Assembly (NCBI RefSeq): GCF_009834535.1 | Contig: NC_045696.1 | Location: forward strand, 24,182,001 to 24,246,000 | Source of the DNA: Camelus ferus | Lineage: Eukaryota | DNA length: 64,000 bases | Reading direction: 5' to 3' | Shown: piece after piece, positions 12,990-26,649 of the stretch | Layout of the letters: the number at the start of each line of letters is the position of its first letter | Position numbering within the stretch: position 1 is the first letter of the stretch | Program-made: the position numbers and the translations under genes | Notes under the pieces: generated by a model | What the model was told of the DNA's origin: nothing | Databases searched by the model: none | What the model saw: only the letters and a program-made list of their open reading frames with translations

Positions 12990-13560
12990 TTAGAGGAAAA
13001 TGAGGGAAAGAAACAAAATGCAAAAATAAGAATCCCACCCTTCCTTTCAGAGGTAGCACTGTAGGCATTTTAGTGGTATATCCTTCCAGAGGTCTATTAG
13101 TACAAACACACACATACGCACACACTAATTCTGCTTATATGTGCCTATATGAGATCATACATGAAAGGTGTGTATCACAGTGTCTGGCACACACTGAACA
13201 CTCAGTAAACATGAGCATTTTGTCATATTTCTGATGTATAACTTGCTTATAATGCTCAGCAACATATAGTGAATATGCCCCATGTTGAGAAATATTTTCC
13301 TATACATAATTTTTTAATGGAGGTAGAGGATGCACCATAATTTAATCCTCCATTTTTAGACACAGGTTATTTACACTGTTTTGCTATTAGAAACAAAGCT
13401 ACCATAAGCAGTATTCTAGTTCAATTTTTATATTCCAGGATAAATTCCTAACATTAGATTACTGAGTCAAAGAGTTTGCTTATAGACCTTTGATGTAAAG
13501 TGATAAACTTACCTACAGAAGACAAGCTTATACCAGCGTACACTCTCCCATCTGTCCCAC
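12990..13560 (-). mobile_element. Old L1 (L1ME-type) 3' fragment, interrupted by a short L2/MIR tail near 13170-13220
   Basis: ttttgctattagaaacaaagctacc...ggataaattcctaacattagattactgagtcaaagag; inner cacagtgtctggcacacactgaacactcagtaaac. Confidence 0.5.
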
Positions 13561-13574
13561 ACCCAGAATGTCAA

Positions 13575-13700
13575 TGCATTTATTCATTCTTTTATTCAAC
13601 AAATACATTTCATGAACTATGATAAATGCTACAGATACTATGGGGACCAAACATACAAGGACCTTGCTCTCCTGGTTATGCAGTTTAAAAAGGGGGGAGA
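13575..13700 (-). mobile_element. L2 3' end fragment
   Basis: cattcattcttttattcaacaaatacattt-like tail followed by gatactatgggg...accttgctctc. Confidence 0.5.
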
Positions 13701-13819
13701 ATAAACTTTACGTAAATATCATAAAAATCAATACAAATATCACAGTAATCATTACAGATTTTAAGAGTACCATGAGGATTAAAAAAGATGCTCTTTGATG
13801 TGAACTGGTTATATATCAA

Positions 13820-13928
13820 ATATATATAACAAATTATCCCCAATCATTCTGGTTTAAAACAAGAGATATTTATTATCTTTCAATTTCTGTAGGTCAGGAA
13901 TCTGTTCACAAGTTAGCTATATCCTCTG
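13820..13928 (-). mobile_element. MLT1 LTR 3' end fragment
   Basis: caaattatcccc...ggtttaaaacaag...tttattatctttcaatttctgtaggtcaggaatctg is the reverse complement of the MLT1 3' end. Confidence 0.6.
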
Positions 13929-15589
13929 AAGAGATTTAATATTTAATACCTTAGAGGATGACAAGGGAGGCCTTAGTGAAAGATTAAATGTGGATGAAGC
14001 AGAGAAAGAAATCAAAAGGATCCCCAGGTTTCTGGCGCTGGCAATTGCCTATGGGCATGATAGGCTTTATAATGACTATTTTATTGCTGTTATGATTATT
14101 TGCTTATTTAATAGGTAAAATGATTTTCTCAGTTGATTCTTATTTTGCGTTTCTTTTCGCATGTTTATGATTCAAGGTGTTTGGTTTAGTTATTTCATGC
14201 CTAGTCTCATGGCAGTTTGATACTATTTTTCCAAATGGTAGAATTTATATCAGAAACTTGGTCTTCAACATCTCTGTTAGTAATTTAATCACTAGAAATT
14301 CTTAATATATATTAATAAGTAAAAAAGTAAGGTGTGTAAGAACGTGTTTATAAGTGCATGTAAAATAATACATTTATGTTTGTAGCAGTGCATGTGTTTG
14401 CAAATGCTTAGATTGTCTGTAGTAGAATACGTAAGAAACGGGTAATAGTGCATTTTCTTGGAAAGAACTGGGTAAATGAGGGACAGAGAGGCTTGCTTTT
14501 CCTGTGTATTTGCTTATCTTTTGAAATTAGTTCCTTTTGCAGATATTATCCATTTTAATAAATGTATTCTACTAATAAGTCAACAGGAAAATACAATGGT
14601 TTTGTTGAAGCAAACAATGTGCCAGACTTTAGTACCCATCCTATTGTTATCTCATGGCTATTTTACCAAATGAAAAAGATATATTCAAGGACCTCCAGGA
14701 GAATTCATTTTAGAATCTGCCAGCTTAAAAACATGTATCGTATCATTGTAAGAGTTGAATGTAAAAGTCATCCTTGCTGTACAGTAGCTGGTAACCTGAG
14801 ACCATTAGTAACAGTAGTATTTTGCTCTGTGTGTCTGTGTCCTCTGTTTGTGTATTGTCTACACTCAGGTATCAATTATTTAGCACTCACTATTGAGCTT
14901 GTGCATTACCTAGACTCTTTGATTCATATCCTTAGCTCCTCTGCCACCTGCCTCTTAATCATTTTCCTGCTCATTAACAGCTCCAGTGGACATAGTCATA
15001 AAGGGGAGGCAAAACTCCAATAAATTTATTTGTTATTGTTAATTGTACAGATGAAAGTCTTTATGAGGAAAAGGTTGAGTTTAGTGATTAAAATGAGATG
15101 TTTCAATCATTTTAATTTACCTTTTTCTTTTCATTCTTAATTCTTCCACGTCTATGCACTCCACTTCTTACTAAGTACTGCGTTTTCTCTTTGCTACCCA
15201 AAATATTATCTGCATAGAAGATTACTTAGATGCTTACCGGCCATTCACTCAACAGTCTAACATTTATCCCCAAATCTAAGCAATGTAAAGTGAAGAAACA
15301 AATACAGGAGCAGGTGTCAAAATGAGATGTTTCAGGATAGTAACCAAAGAAAGCAACAGCAACAGAATGAAATAATACATAAAACAAAGTCAAGAGGTGT
15401 GTGCAGGACCCAAGAATGAATACAGAAAGGTCAGATGTAAGATGATTGCTTAGAAGCAAACAGTCCCCAGAAAACCAGGGTCCAACTGTTTAATGTGCTT
15501 ATTGAAAGGACTGTGAAAAGAAAGAGAAATTAAAAATAAGCAAAGAGAGGAAGAAGTGGAATGGATAAATGAAATGGTACTACAGTGGA

Positions 15590-16185
15590 TGTATATTGTT
15601 GAGCAGATACCCAATATCTGTTCATTCACTTTTGATAATTATTTTCAGTTTATCTATTTGGGAATCTGTTCCCTCTCCAGTCTCAGTTCTTATGGTCCCT
15701 GATGAGAAAACACTACCTTGACTCCAGAGGTGGGAAGTGATCCAGGACTGGCTAATCAAAGCCTCACATTTTCCTGGCAACAGTAATTGGGTTCCAGTGA
15801 TCCCATGACCCAAGTCAGGCCAGTCAAAGCCAGTAACACTGATTTAAGGGACTTTATACACTCTTTTGAGGAATCAGATTTGTCCTTTTCTACCAGACAA
15901 GAAATTTGAGGAACTGAAACTCAGGAGATGTTTCTACCATCTTGTGTCTGTGAATAAAGATGAAAATGAAACAAACACACAGAGATTGGAGAGCTGTGTC
16001 CAGCCAAGAGGACTGAAAGAAATCAAGACCCGTGGGACATTACTTGGCTCTTGCCTAAACCAGACTCACCTGAACCCATTCCTACTCCTGGACCTCCCAG
16101 TTACATGAGCTAATGAATTCAAGTTTCCCCCTTTTACAGCAGTTTGAAGTGAGTTTTAATCATGCAGGAAAGGATCCTAAATATT
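15590..16185 (+). mobile_element. MLT1K-like MaLR LTR
   Basis: ggactggctaatcaaagc...catgacccaagtcaggccagtcaaagc...ctcctggacctcccagttacatgagctaat...aaaggatcctaa. Confidence 0.6.
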
Positions 16186-17429
16186 AGGTTTTACTCATGT
16201 AAGTTGCTGAGGGAGAGAAAGATGGTCTCATTTTTGTCTGACAAATCAGCGTATCCAATAACAGCATATTGTGGTCGTGTCTTATAGACCTAATTTGTCG
16301 TTCATTCCCTAGGAAGATAGCCCAGCCCTGGTGAGGCCATGAAGAGTAGGCTCTTCTAATGGGCAGTAATGCTAGTGTTTTCATGTTCAAAAATTTTGGA
16401 AGTAGTTGACCCCAGGGTAGAATCTCAGAAAATATCTGACACTGGCTTATCGAAAATTTTGTAATAGGAAAATATTGACCTGTGAAAGAATGTGCTTTTG
16501 AGACTGAATAAGGAAATGGATAAAACTGGGGGACAAAGAGATGAGATAGTGAAATTTAGAGTAGAAGTGTGGGAAATGCAAAGTTATTTCCATCCCTAGT
16601 ATAACTGAAATCTCCCTGAGCCTGGTAATGGAACTGATGCCTGGAAAATACGGTAAATTTCACAGTGACATTGAAACTTGCTGAACTTAAATGTTTGTCT
16701 TCCATCACACTTTGAAATCATCATCCTAGACTTGGACTTTTGGGAAAAGTTGAACAAGATCAAAACTCTGAGTCACTTGTGTGATAGCTCAATGCCAGGA
16801 AGCGATGACCTCGTCAGAAAAATGGGACAGTGACATCAGTTTGCAGTGGGTCACCAGGTATGGTGCAGGGTGGCAAGTTTTGTGCACCATCCTGGAAGAT
16901 GTTTCTTCCATGAAATATGAGACCAGAACTCTAATTCTAACGACGTTATAAACAAACTTATGCAATTAAAGCCTAGTGCATGACTGGAAACAGAGATAAG
17001 CTAATAAGATTATGAACCAACTAAATAGATCCCGAAGCCATATGATGACATCATGAAATTTTAGAAGATACAGCTGGCTTCCCGTGATATTTTTGCAGTT
17101 GAAAATATGTAGCATCTGGTCTTTCGTTTATCATTCTTTGCTGAAGTATTTGTCATCTTAAGTTTCTTTTTTATCATGTAGATGTGTTAAGTTTAAAAAT
17201 AAAGTTGGAAAATTTTGATAGAGCATTCCAACCAATTTCATGTTAAAAAATAAGCAAAATTAGTTACTGTTTCATATGCAAACTCTTTATAAAGATGGGC
17301 TGTACCCTGATATTTCTGCACTTGCATTAAGCAATTCTGTACTCCTGAGCACTGTTAACCTACAGAATGATGGTCTCCTATGTCTCTCACGTGGAACATT
17401 CAATCACTCATTCATGCACGCTCTCAGCA

Positions 17430-17655
17430 CAGGGAAGCAGTGTACTATACTGAGTGTAGGTTTCTTCGGTTCAAGTCCCAATTTCACCACTTACTGGTTG
17501 TGTAATTTCGAACGAGTTATTTAATCTCTCAAGTTTCAGTTTACCCATCTATAAAATAAGAATAATAGGAACTACTATTAAATGACACAATATTTGCAGA
17601 GTATTTTGCACCATGTCTGACATACGTAAGCCCCAAATAAATATTATTTATTATT
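17430..17655 (+). mobile_element. MIR SINE
   Basis: Core ggttcaagtcccaatttcaccacttactggttgtgt...ttatttaatctctcaagtttcagtttacccatctataaaataag. Confidence 0.75.
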
Positions 17656-17657
17656 AG

Positions 17658-17755
17658 TCACTCATTTAACAGATATTTATTGAGGTCTAAATACGTGCCA
17701 GGCACTGTGCTAATCCCTGGGAATCCTTGGCCAAGAAGAGAGAAACGGTCTCTGA
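17658..17755 (-). mobile_element. L2 3' end fragment
   Basis: cactcatttaacagatatttattgagg...gtgccaggcactgtgcta. Confidence 0.7.
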
Positions 17756-20499
17756 ACAACTAACTGGCGTATACAGTTTATCTCTGACATTGTAATTGTC
17801 TGAGGCCAGTCTGCTCCAGTCACTGACCCACAACTACAGAGGTTCTTGGGAAGCTGTGTTTCTGGCATCCAGTGTTAGAGATGAGAAAGGATTCATCCAG
17901 ATGAACAACATTAAGAGGTAAAGTTTAGTAACACCTCTACGACATAGAAAGAACATCTTCGAAAAGTACGCAATTACATGGTATTATCAAAAATTTAATT
18001 CTAGGCAGTGGCCGTGATGTGGGAAGAGGCATGAGAATAATATTCCAGCATCCGAGTCTGACCTGAGGCTGCTTTTACTGGCTTCTCTGGCTATGCTTCT
18101 ATTACATCTTCTCTGTTTCTTCAACCCCTGCCACTGCTGTGGTTGCTGGCATCTTTTCCTCTGCCACCACTCCTGCCACCCCTCCCACGTGTCATGTCAT
18201 CTTAATTATACCAACTCCAACGTTGCCCCCACTGACATTGCCTCTAGCTGCTCTCAGACTGACAAAGGCCCCCCTTTCCAGGAGCTCAGTCTAACAAGGC
18301 AGGGGGCATTTGGAAATTTGTCCATATTCAAGCCTGGATGAAGTAAGTACTCACAAAGTATAAGAAATCTCTTATAGAGAAAGGAAAGTTTTACATAAGA
18401 GTAGTGTTTGTGCTGACTGTTTTTTGATAAACCCCAAAAAAAAAAAAAAAAAAAGAAAGACCATCTCAGGCTACAGTGATGGCATAAGCCACTGAAAAGG
18501 TCATCACTTTGCTGTTCTTTTAATAGTACAAAAACCCAAAACCAATTATGACTTTCAACAGGATGATCTAGCCACTTATATCTTCTGGAAGGGCATAGTC
18601 AGGTCAGTTTTTCCCAAGAGTGCATGTGTGAATGACCTTTCTGGTTTTGCAGAGGGCCAGAAGAAGCTGAAAGGATAGCTTTTTTTTGGTTTGTTTTTGT
18701 CTGTTAGTTACTTACCTAATTTACTGCAAGTGGTAGATACTAACACAAAGTCCATCATGATATGTTGGGGGGGGTATGTTTACACACAAACACAAACACA
18801 CATTCATACATAACATTTAAAACAATGATTTAGAAACAAGAGCCAATTTGAATTCTAAAGTAATTACTCTAATTTCTACAGAACAATTGTATATAGTGAT
18901 AATATGAGTTATTTCTATTTTTGACTGGTATTTGCTACTGGATTCATTTTGTTTCGCATGCCAGAGGTTTTGTGTTTTAATTTTTACCACCAGAGGCTAG
19001 TTCAAAAAGCATATACATTGTATTTGAATATGAATTACCAACTCTTTTTGTGATGACTTGATTAATATCAATAATCCTCATTCCTCACCTGAGCCTTATA
19101 GTCACAGTGCCTTTGATCCATAAGAAATACGGAAGCAGGACATGACTAAATGGGACAGTTCAGGCTCATGGTATTTAGATATGTCAATGAGAAACCTTTA
19201 ATGCCACCACAATAATGTTCCTTATCTCTCTTCACCAGAGTGGAGCACGATAGAGCATGAGAAATGCATATGCCCAGGTTTCAACAAAGAGCCAATTACC
19301 GTATTAGACTTAGCCGTGCTCAGTTAACTCTGAAGGATCAAAATACAGGCAAATGATCCAATGAGTGCACTTTATTGCCAAATGTTGTCCAAATTAAAGA
19401 GATTATTGTAGCAAATGTTTCATTAGTGTTTGACTTAACGGATGAACCACTATTTTCCCTGTGAGCATGTTTTAATCAAAATGGAGAAGGCAACAGATGC
19501 TGTTTGATAGTTTTCAAACCTATCCTAAAATTTCTCCCACCATCAAATATATTTCAAGTTCCTTTAAAGGTGATATTAAGAATGCTTATGCCCAAATTAT
19601 ATAGCTCAGTTCACTTCAGAGCTTTCTTGCTATTTTATATCAATTCTCTTTCACACATCATTCAAACAGGATTAAATTATACATGCTTTAAACATACAAT
19701 GCGGTGAAGTAGTGAGAGTCAGCCTGCCTTCCTGGAAAGATTAATTAAGTGCATCCGCTTATTCCTGGGTAGAAAGAACCTGTGAATTTGGTTCTTTGAT
19801 GCAGGATTGAGCTACTACCCTCAAAAGGGGCTGGAAAAAAGTGTTGATCACAGATAAGGTTATCCTAAAATTAGAACGTCTTGTTCACATTATGTATTGA
19901 AGAAATTTGAAAATGACTGAACCAGCAAAAAATAACCTCCTCATTGGCCTATGGAGTGTCTCAAATTCCCACTGTTCAGTTCACTTCTTGTGAATTTTCT
20001 AAGAGCTCTTCCAGGGAGTTCAACATAATAACCGGCCAACTTATTAACAGGGATTTGTGTATCTGAGCCCTTGGTATATCTGGGTCCCTGGAAGAGAGCA
20101 GGCATCTAGGAAAATGAATGAAATCAAAGGTTTTCATATTTGTTCAAGAAATGAAACACTTGTGGCAAAGCTTTTTTTTCATAACACCCTTAAATGTTGC
20201 TATCGTAAACTAAAAATGACTCTGTGTTTTGGGCAAATTCAATACCCTATGAAACTAGCTTTTGGTATGGTTAAATGGTAGCAGCAACTAGGTTTAAAGA
20301 AAAAATCAGAAAAACTTTATTTAGCTGATTTTTTTCCCTTACAAATTGGGAAAAAGGGACTATTATTTGATTTTGAAAAGCAGAAAATCTTGATACATCA
20401 GCATTTTTCTAGAACATAGTTTGTGAACCATTGTATTAAACTTTTTGATGGTCAAGGGTGAGTGATAGGTAGCAGATTGAGAATCACAGGGTAGACCTA

Positions 20500-20760
20500 T
20501 GACTAACCAAGAAGCACGATGATAAGTAGAAATAAATGGTGGAAAGAGACTTGGGTTACGAATAAAATGTCCCAGTTCTACCAAACACAGTACCAACTCT
20601 ACTCATTGGCCTTCTGTCATTGAGGCAAGTTATTTAACTTGGGGAACACCCAGTACTTCACTTGTGAAATGAAAAGCAATGCCTACCTGACTTATAATAT
20701 TATGATGATACTCAAGAGACACAATGTATGCAATAACACTTTGGAAGTTATCAAGTAATA
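20500..20760 (+). mobile_element. MIR SINE (degraded)
   Basis: aggcaagttatttaactt...cacttgtgaaatgaaaagcaatgcctacctg. Confidence 0.55.
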
Positions 20761-20764
20761 TCAT

Positions 20765-21275
20765 ATGTCTTTGATTCTATGTTATATACTGTTGAGTCAT
20801 CATTTGATATTTTTACATCTTTGACATGCGGATGTATCTTACAGTAACTGTCTGTGGGTGTCATTTGCCAGTGCTTCTACATCAAAATATGCCCAATGGA
20901 GGTCAGCAGCTTGGGAAAAAAATTTCAAAGGTAATACTGGAGCACTCTTTCAGGAAATGCTACATCTCCAGTGCTTCCTGATAACAAAACAGAGTAAATT
21001 GTATTTTAAATATGTATTTAAATATGTCTGTGTTTAGAAACATAGACACCAATGACTGAGTCAAAAAGTGACTTTTGGGAGATAGATAAAATGTGAAAAC
21101 ATTTTAGGAATAGCTTAAAGAATGTATTTTAGTTATACTTTGCTTTTATCGCTACATAAAAGTGATAAAGATTTTTTTAATCTATGTATAAATAAGTTTA
21201 AAAGTGTTTTTCCAATAAATATAAGATTAAAATTCTATTTTATAAGAAAACATCATGTCTATTTGACTGGAAAGA
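20765..21275. mobile_element. Tc2/Kanga (MER104-like) DNA transposon fragment
   Basis: gattct...ttttacatctttgacatgcggatgtatcttaca resembles the MER104/Kanga terminus; by-eye call. Confidence 0.4.
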
Positions 21276-23169
21276 AAATTGTTACAAAATTATACAATGT
21301 TACTATGAAGTTGCACTGAAAGTAGGTTAGAAAAAGGGCATTTATTGGCACCAAAGGTAAGGTTGGCACATTTTACAACTTTGTTTAAGGCTGGTCTTGA
21401 TACCAAGGAAGAGATCATAGAAATGACAACAAGCATTCACCAAAGAAACCTGAAAAGTTCTGATGTGCGTGCAAGATGTATAATGCATCTGGCATTAGAA
21501 AAACAAATTTTATTCCATGGGAGAAATCCAAATCTGCTTTTAATTGGTAAAATATCATTCTGGCCATAAATATTGACACATTGACAATCAATGAAGCTTT
21601 CTGGAAGGGTAATAACACCTGCAAAGTATGATTTGATGGCAGGATGTTAAGAGTAAGTAGCTTTATAAAAGCTAATTGGTGATGACCATAAGGGGAAAAA
21701 AAAGCATGTTGGTAAATTCATCGCTCATGATGTACTTCAATAATCATTTCCCAAAGGAAGAAGCCTTTCCTTGAACTTCCAAAATATGAACCACTGCCTC
21801 CTTTTCCAATAACACACATATTAATCTTATCTTTATTAAAGAACATATCAAACTAAATATTAGCTGCCCCTTCCTGTGGGTGTCACAAAGCTAGTAACCA
21901 TGGTTTCTTCATTTGGTATCAAGAGAACTGTATACAGTGTAACACAGGTTACTTAGTAGGCAATCAATAAATTATTGGTGAAAGAATGAATATGCTTAAT
22001 GTATTTTGTATATAAGAATCACACACATTAATTTGTAAGTAGACAATTTGTATATAAGATTAATGATGCTGTTCCAATATTGCAAGTCTTAATTTACATG
22101 GTGTAAAAGATAATGACTATCCCAGAAGCATTAGTTTATTGATCTACCACACCCCATCTTACCCTTCTAGTTTGACAAGCCCTGTTCACAGTCTTGGGAA
22201 TGTCAGTCCTTTGTACTAAGTGAACTTGCCCTCATCTCCATTCATTGGCTCTGTCTGATAGACCAGGGGTGGAACTTGTCTATAAAAGGAGTCGTCCACT
22301 GGCTGGTCGATAGTTAATGAGCCTTTCTCTTTGGAGAACTGAACCAATAGACAGTCTGAACAAATGGAGAACAAGGCACATTACTGGTAGAGCACCAGGA
22401 TCAAGGGCAATGGTCTCCTGAGGACTAATGGGAAAATATTTTCTTAGAGTCCACACATGTTACATCTTAGAAGTTCCTTTTTTCTCAGGTTATTTGCATA
22501 TGTCTCTCTTCCTTAAAACCAAAATGATCTTTCCAAGAGTGGGTCCATTGTCTATATCCCAACGTGATCATGATATAGCATATTGGTTAGCAGTGGCTGA
22601 TCAACTTTCTGAGAGCTAGAATACAATGAAATATGATTAATGCAAAATTTACTCCAATGGAATCATTCTTGGATGAGTTGTTTATTTCACAACCTGAAAT
22701 ACTTCATGTGATTCAGAAACTTTGGGTCTTACTCTCTACTGGATACTTGACTTTACATTCTCCCTTGATTTTGACCTGCTTTCAGCTTCAGATGAGATTT
22801 TTTTTCTTATTACCGAACAGTCCCATTCCTCAGGCATTCATATAAGTTTGTTCTTGCCCACTTGAAACAAAGAGGTCCACATTAAGTAGAATGGAAGAAG
22901 GTGGGAGTGGAACTGAGCAGTTAACGATTCATCTGCATAAAGGGATATGCATCAAACATTTTTGAAATGTTATTACTGGCTTCAAAATAGAAAGGCAGGC
23001 CAACATACAACAACAACAACAACAAAACAGGGAAAGAACCCTAGAGCAAATGGGAACCACACTGGGTCAAAATAATTCACACTCTTTATTAATTTGATTA
23101 TAGATGCTAATAAGATTTCCTCAAATTTAAGTTTATTAATTAAGATATAATTAAAACTCAGAAATAACC

Positions 23170-25060
23170 CCTTGAACATTGGTAAATACTGCAGAATAAT
23201 ACACTAAACACCACTCTGTCTCTTTCTAACATGCTTTCCTGTTTACTAGAGACTGGAAAGCTAAATGTTATATGCATTTCTCAGACTCAGGTGAAGCAGA
23301 GTTTCACATGTGACATGGTTTCCATCCACCAGATGCACCAACAGAAGACAAGAAAAGTGTGGATATGAACATCATGAGACAGAATCTATGAGGCTGTTTT
23401 AGCAAGTGAGGGGGTTGAGGTGTTTGGTTCTTCTATAGAACTGTCATGGAGGACTAGTATTCAGTCTGTATCTTCATTAGTTTTAAGTGGCAGGTGATGA
23501 GTGAAGTTTCCATTTAGCTATCCCATTATATATCTGGACATTTTTCCTATGTATCTTCTAAGCCTGATTCCTGGATCCCAGCAAAAATTTTGTAGATTAT
23601 CTATTACATTATATTAAATCCTTTTCTACTTAAACCAGAAAAAGTTAATTTTGTTTTCTGAAACCAAGCACCACAGCCTACATGGTAATTGGTACCAGGA
23701 AAGAGATACTGAAAAGTACAAGTAACACTGATTTGGTAGAAGCAGCTGGGTAGTGAGTAGTGAGGGTCTAGTTTTAATGTGGTGGCCAAATATTTTATTA
23801 GTCTGTTATTGCTTACCTTAAGAAGCAGGATGTTTGCTGCCTGAGGCTATAATGTTCAGGGAAACCGGAGAACAAATTCATTGTATTGGTAAGTGGTGGC
23901 TCATTTTTGCTACTTTTAGCAAAATCTTATGAATTAGATGAAGTCAGAGTAGAAACAAACCTTCCGGACATAGGGGTGGAAAGCAGCAAAGATTTGCTAA
24001 GGAAGGCGTTCTCTGCCCATGCTCACTAATTACACTGATGGAGAATCCAGTGATTTAGACCCTGCAGTGTCAAAAAACTCATCTGCTTTTGTATTTGAAC
24101 TCGAAGAAGTTTTAAACTGTAGCCATGAAACTACAGTCTTAGCAAGAGGTAAGGCTCTTGCTTTGTCATAAAGCAGCAGTGATATTGCTGGCAAGAGATG
24201 ATGAATTATATTGCTTCCCCATCTAAGCCTATTATTTCAGATGCTCTCAAGGTAGCCACCATTAATTTAAGGGCCAGAGGGATGGGCAGGGAACAGAGCC
24301 CGGTAAATAAAAGATGAGAGTCTGCAGGCTCAAAAACCATGTCTGGGCAAGACTTTTGGCTATGGTGGTTTGTACATGGAATAGAATGGAAACAAATCAA
24401 GTCTGCTAAGTATTTGAAGGAATTCTCTTCCCAAAGAAACCCCACACTTGGTCTGCAACAGTCTGGAATTGTTAAAACTTTAAAATAATCCCTGTGCCCC
24501 AATATTTCAAAATTCATGAAGTCTCCATGAAGGGCCTCTTCTCCTGTGCCAACCTCCTGTGCCAACAACCAGATATGTTTGTTGAGCAAAATTGACAAGG
24601 ATGAACCTCCCAAGGGAAGATCCAGGAGCAACAGAGGACAAGGCACGAGGGAAAACATTCAAGAGAAAGAACACAGGAACTCCAACACAAGAACTTCCTG
24701 CAATGCTAGGGCAGAGAGTCCTGGTTATTCTTGCTCAGTAGGTTTTGATAATTATCATGGAATGGCAACTAACGTATGTTTCTCATTCTTCCCTTTTCCA
24801 AATGGGCAGGTGGTTTATTGTGATGATCCATTTCTATGGATCTACATCTACATCACTGAAAACTTTTCAGTGTGCTGACAGCTGAAAATACATCTTTAGT
24901 TTACCACTAGTTTGCTGTCTGGGCCTCTTAAAAAAGGCTACGTATCTGTTACTGAAACAGCAGTATCAGAAAGAAACTCAGGTCTTGATCTTTTGGAGAG
25001 GTAGTGACCACACAATACACACACACACACACAAAGGTGTGCGTGTTGGTTTGGAAAACC
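23170..25060 (+). mobile_element. LTR33/LTR16-like ERVL LTR followed by degraded internal sequence
   Basis: LTR-like 3' end (aatccttttctacttaaaccag...tgttttctgaaaccaag) directly followed by aattggtaccagga (~23688-23701), typical of the start of ERVL/MaLR internal regions. Confidence 0.45.
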
Positions 25061-25099
25061 GAAGAGGTAGATCATGACAGAAAATTATTAATAGCCTAT

Positions 25100-25651
25100 G
25101 ACGGCAGTTTTAAACTATGGGCACACATTATTTGATACTCTTCCTTCCAAGATGACTATTCCCTTAGGAATGAAATTAACTTAGTGACTCACTTCTAATT
25201 GATAGAATTAAGTGGAAGTATCCTGTATCAACTAGGAAACGGGGTCATAAAGGACCCTGTGACTTCAGCATTGTTTTCTCCTAGATAGCTCGTTCTGAGG
25301 GGAGGTAGCAGCCACATCGGTGGGATACTCAAGCAGCTTGCAGAGAGGTTCCTGAAGCAAAGACCGGAGGCCTCCAGCCAACAGCCATGTGAGGAACTGA
25401 GGCCTCCGGCCAACAGCCTTGTGAGGGAGTCTTCTTGAAATTGGATCTTCCACCTCCAGGCAAGCCTTCAGATGACTGCAGACCCTGCCAATATCCTGAC
25501 TGCAACCACATGAGAAACCTGGTGTGAAAACAATCCAGCTAAGCTGTTTCTGAATTCTCTACCTACCAGAAACTTTGAGATGATAGTATTTCTTGTTTTA
25601 AGCTGCTAATTTTTGTGATGATTTGTTATGCAGCATGAGATAACAAATACA
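25100..25651 (+). mobile_element. MLT1F-type MaLR LTR
   Basis: gaggaactgaggcctccggccaacagcc...aagccttcagatgactgcag...ttgttttaagctgcta...ttgttatgcagca...taacaaataca. Confidence 0.8.
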
Positions 25652-25659
25652 CTCACTCA

Positions 25660-26100
25660 ATACCAAGTCTCATCTTCCTTAGAAGCAAAATCTTGATTTT
25701 TATTTGAGTATTAGTTTTAGCTAATATACTACATACCTCGTACTCCCTCCAGATACATTCAATTAGATGTTAGCAGGAGGTGTTGGATTGTCTTTTTGGG
25801 AAAACTCTTTAAAAAGGTGGCAGGCCACCCACACTCTTCCTGCCTGGAATGCAGATTTGATGACTGGAACTCCAGTAAGCCACTAACATCATGAGGCAAA
25901 CTTTAGGATGAAAGCCAAGAGCTAACAATGACAGAATGGAAGCAATGTGGGTGCTTAATGACGATGGTGTCATCAAACCAGTCCCCAAAATGCATTGGTG
26001 GACTTTTTTTTACATTGGAGAAAAATCAACTTCTATACTCATTGAGTCACTGTTAGTTCTTATCTCTGTTACCAGCAGCCAAATGTAGTTACTAGCGGAT
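25660..26100 (+). mobile_element. MLT1J-type MaLR LTR
   Basis: cttcctgcctggaatgcaga...tgatgactggaactccag...catgaggcaaac...aggatgaaagcc...tctgttaccagcagccaaatg. Confidence 0.65.
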
Positions 26101-26319
26101 GGAAACTGGAATTAGATTTCTTGGTATTTGGCTTTTAATAAATATAACACACTGAACTACAGAATAAATCACTTAGCTATATAGGAGTAGTTACTACGGC
26201 AAATTATTGAACTGTGTATCTGGTATAAGCCAGTTTTGTGGGATATGCTATTTATCCAGGATTCTCTTCCTAGGTCACCTCTGGAATTCCATATTGGCAT
26301 TGATGGAAGACCACACAAT

Positions 26320-26320
<1 letters not shown>

Positions 26321-26346
<26 letters not shown>
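26321..26346. repeat. (CA)13 microsatellite
   Basis: Seen directly. Confidence 0.95.
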
Positions 26347-26350
<4 letters not shown>

Positions 26351-26649
26351 TAGCATGGTGCACACTAAATTACTGACACTTGGGCTATCCTGATAAAACC
26401 ATCCTTTACCCTTACTGTACTATGTCAGTTAAGAATCATAGAGTATCCAAAGTTAATTTCCAACATGTAATTTTCTGGGGACACACACACACATATATGC
26501 AATTTTGTTGATTTTTGGCATGTCAAGCAAAAATAATTTTGAATCTAACATTCTGTAAAACATTTACAGACTTTATTTTCTGATATGTGTCAAGGATCCT
26601 TTTTTCAAAATGAGAAAATAGAAATGTTCTTTAGTGTTTATTTTTGTTT

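Noticed and set aside
14562..15023. 153-aa ORF
   Set aside because: No recognisable homology, starts at the edge of an L1 relic, no exon context.
24206..24878. 150-aa and 110-aa ORFs in the ERVL-like internal region
   Set aside because: No gag/pol/env motifs visible; consistent with chance ORFs in a decayed element.
25367..25425. Internal direct repeat gaggcctcc(a/g)gccaacagcc(a/t)tgtgag
   Set aside because: As I recall, this duplication is part of MLT1F-type consensus sequences, not a local novelty.
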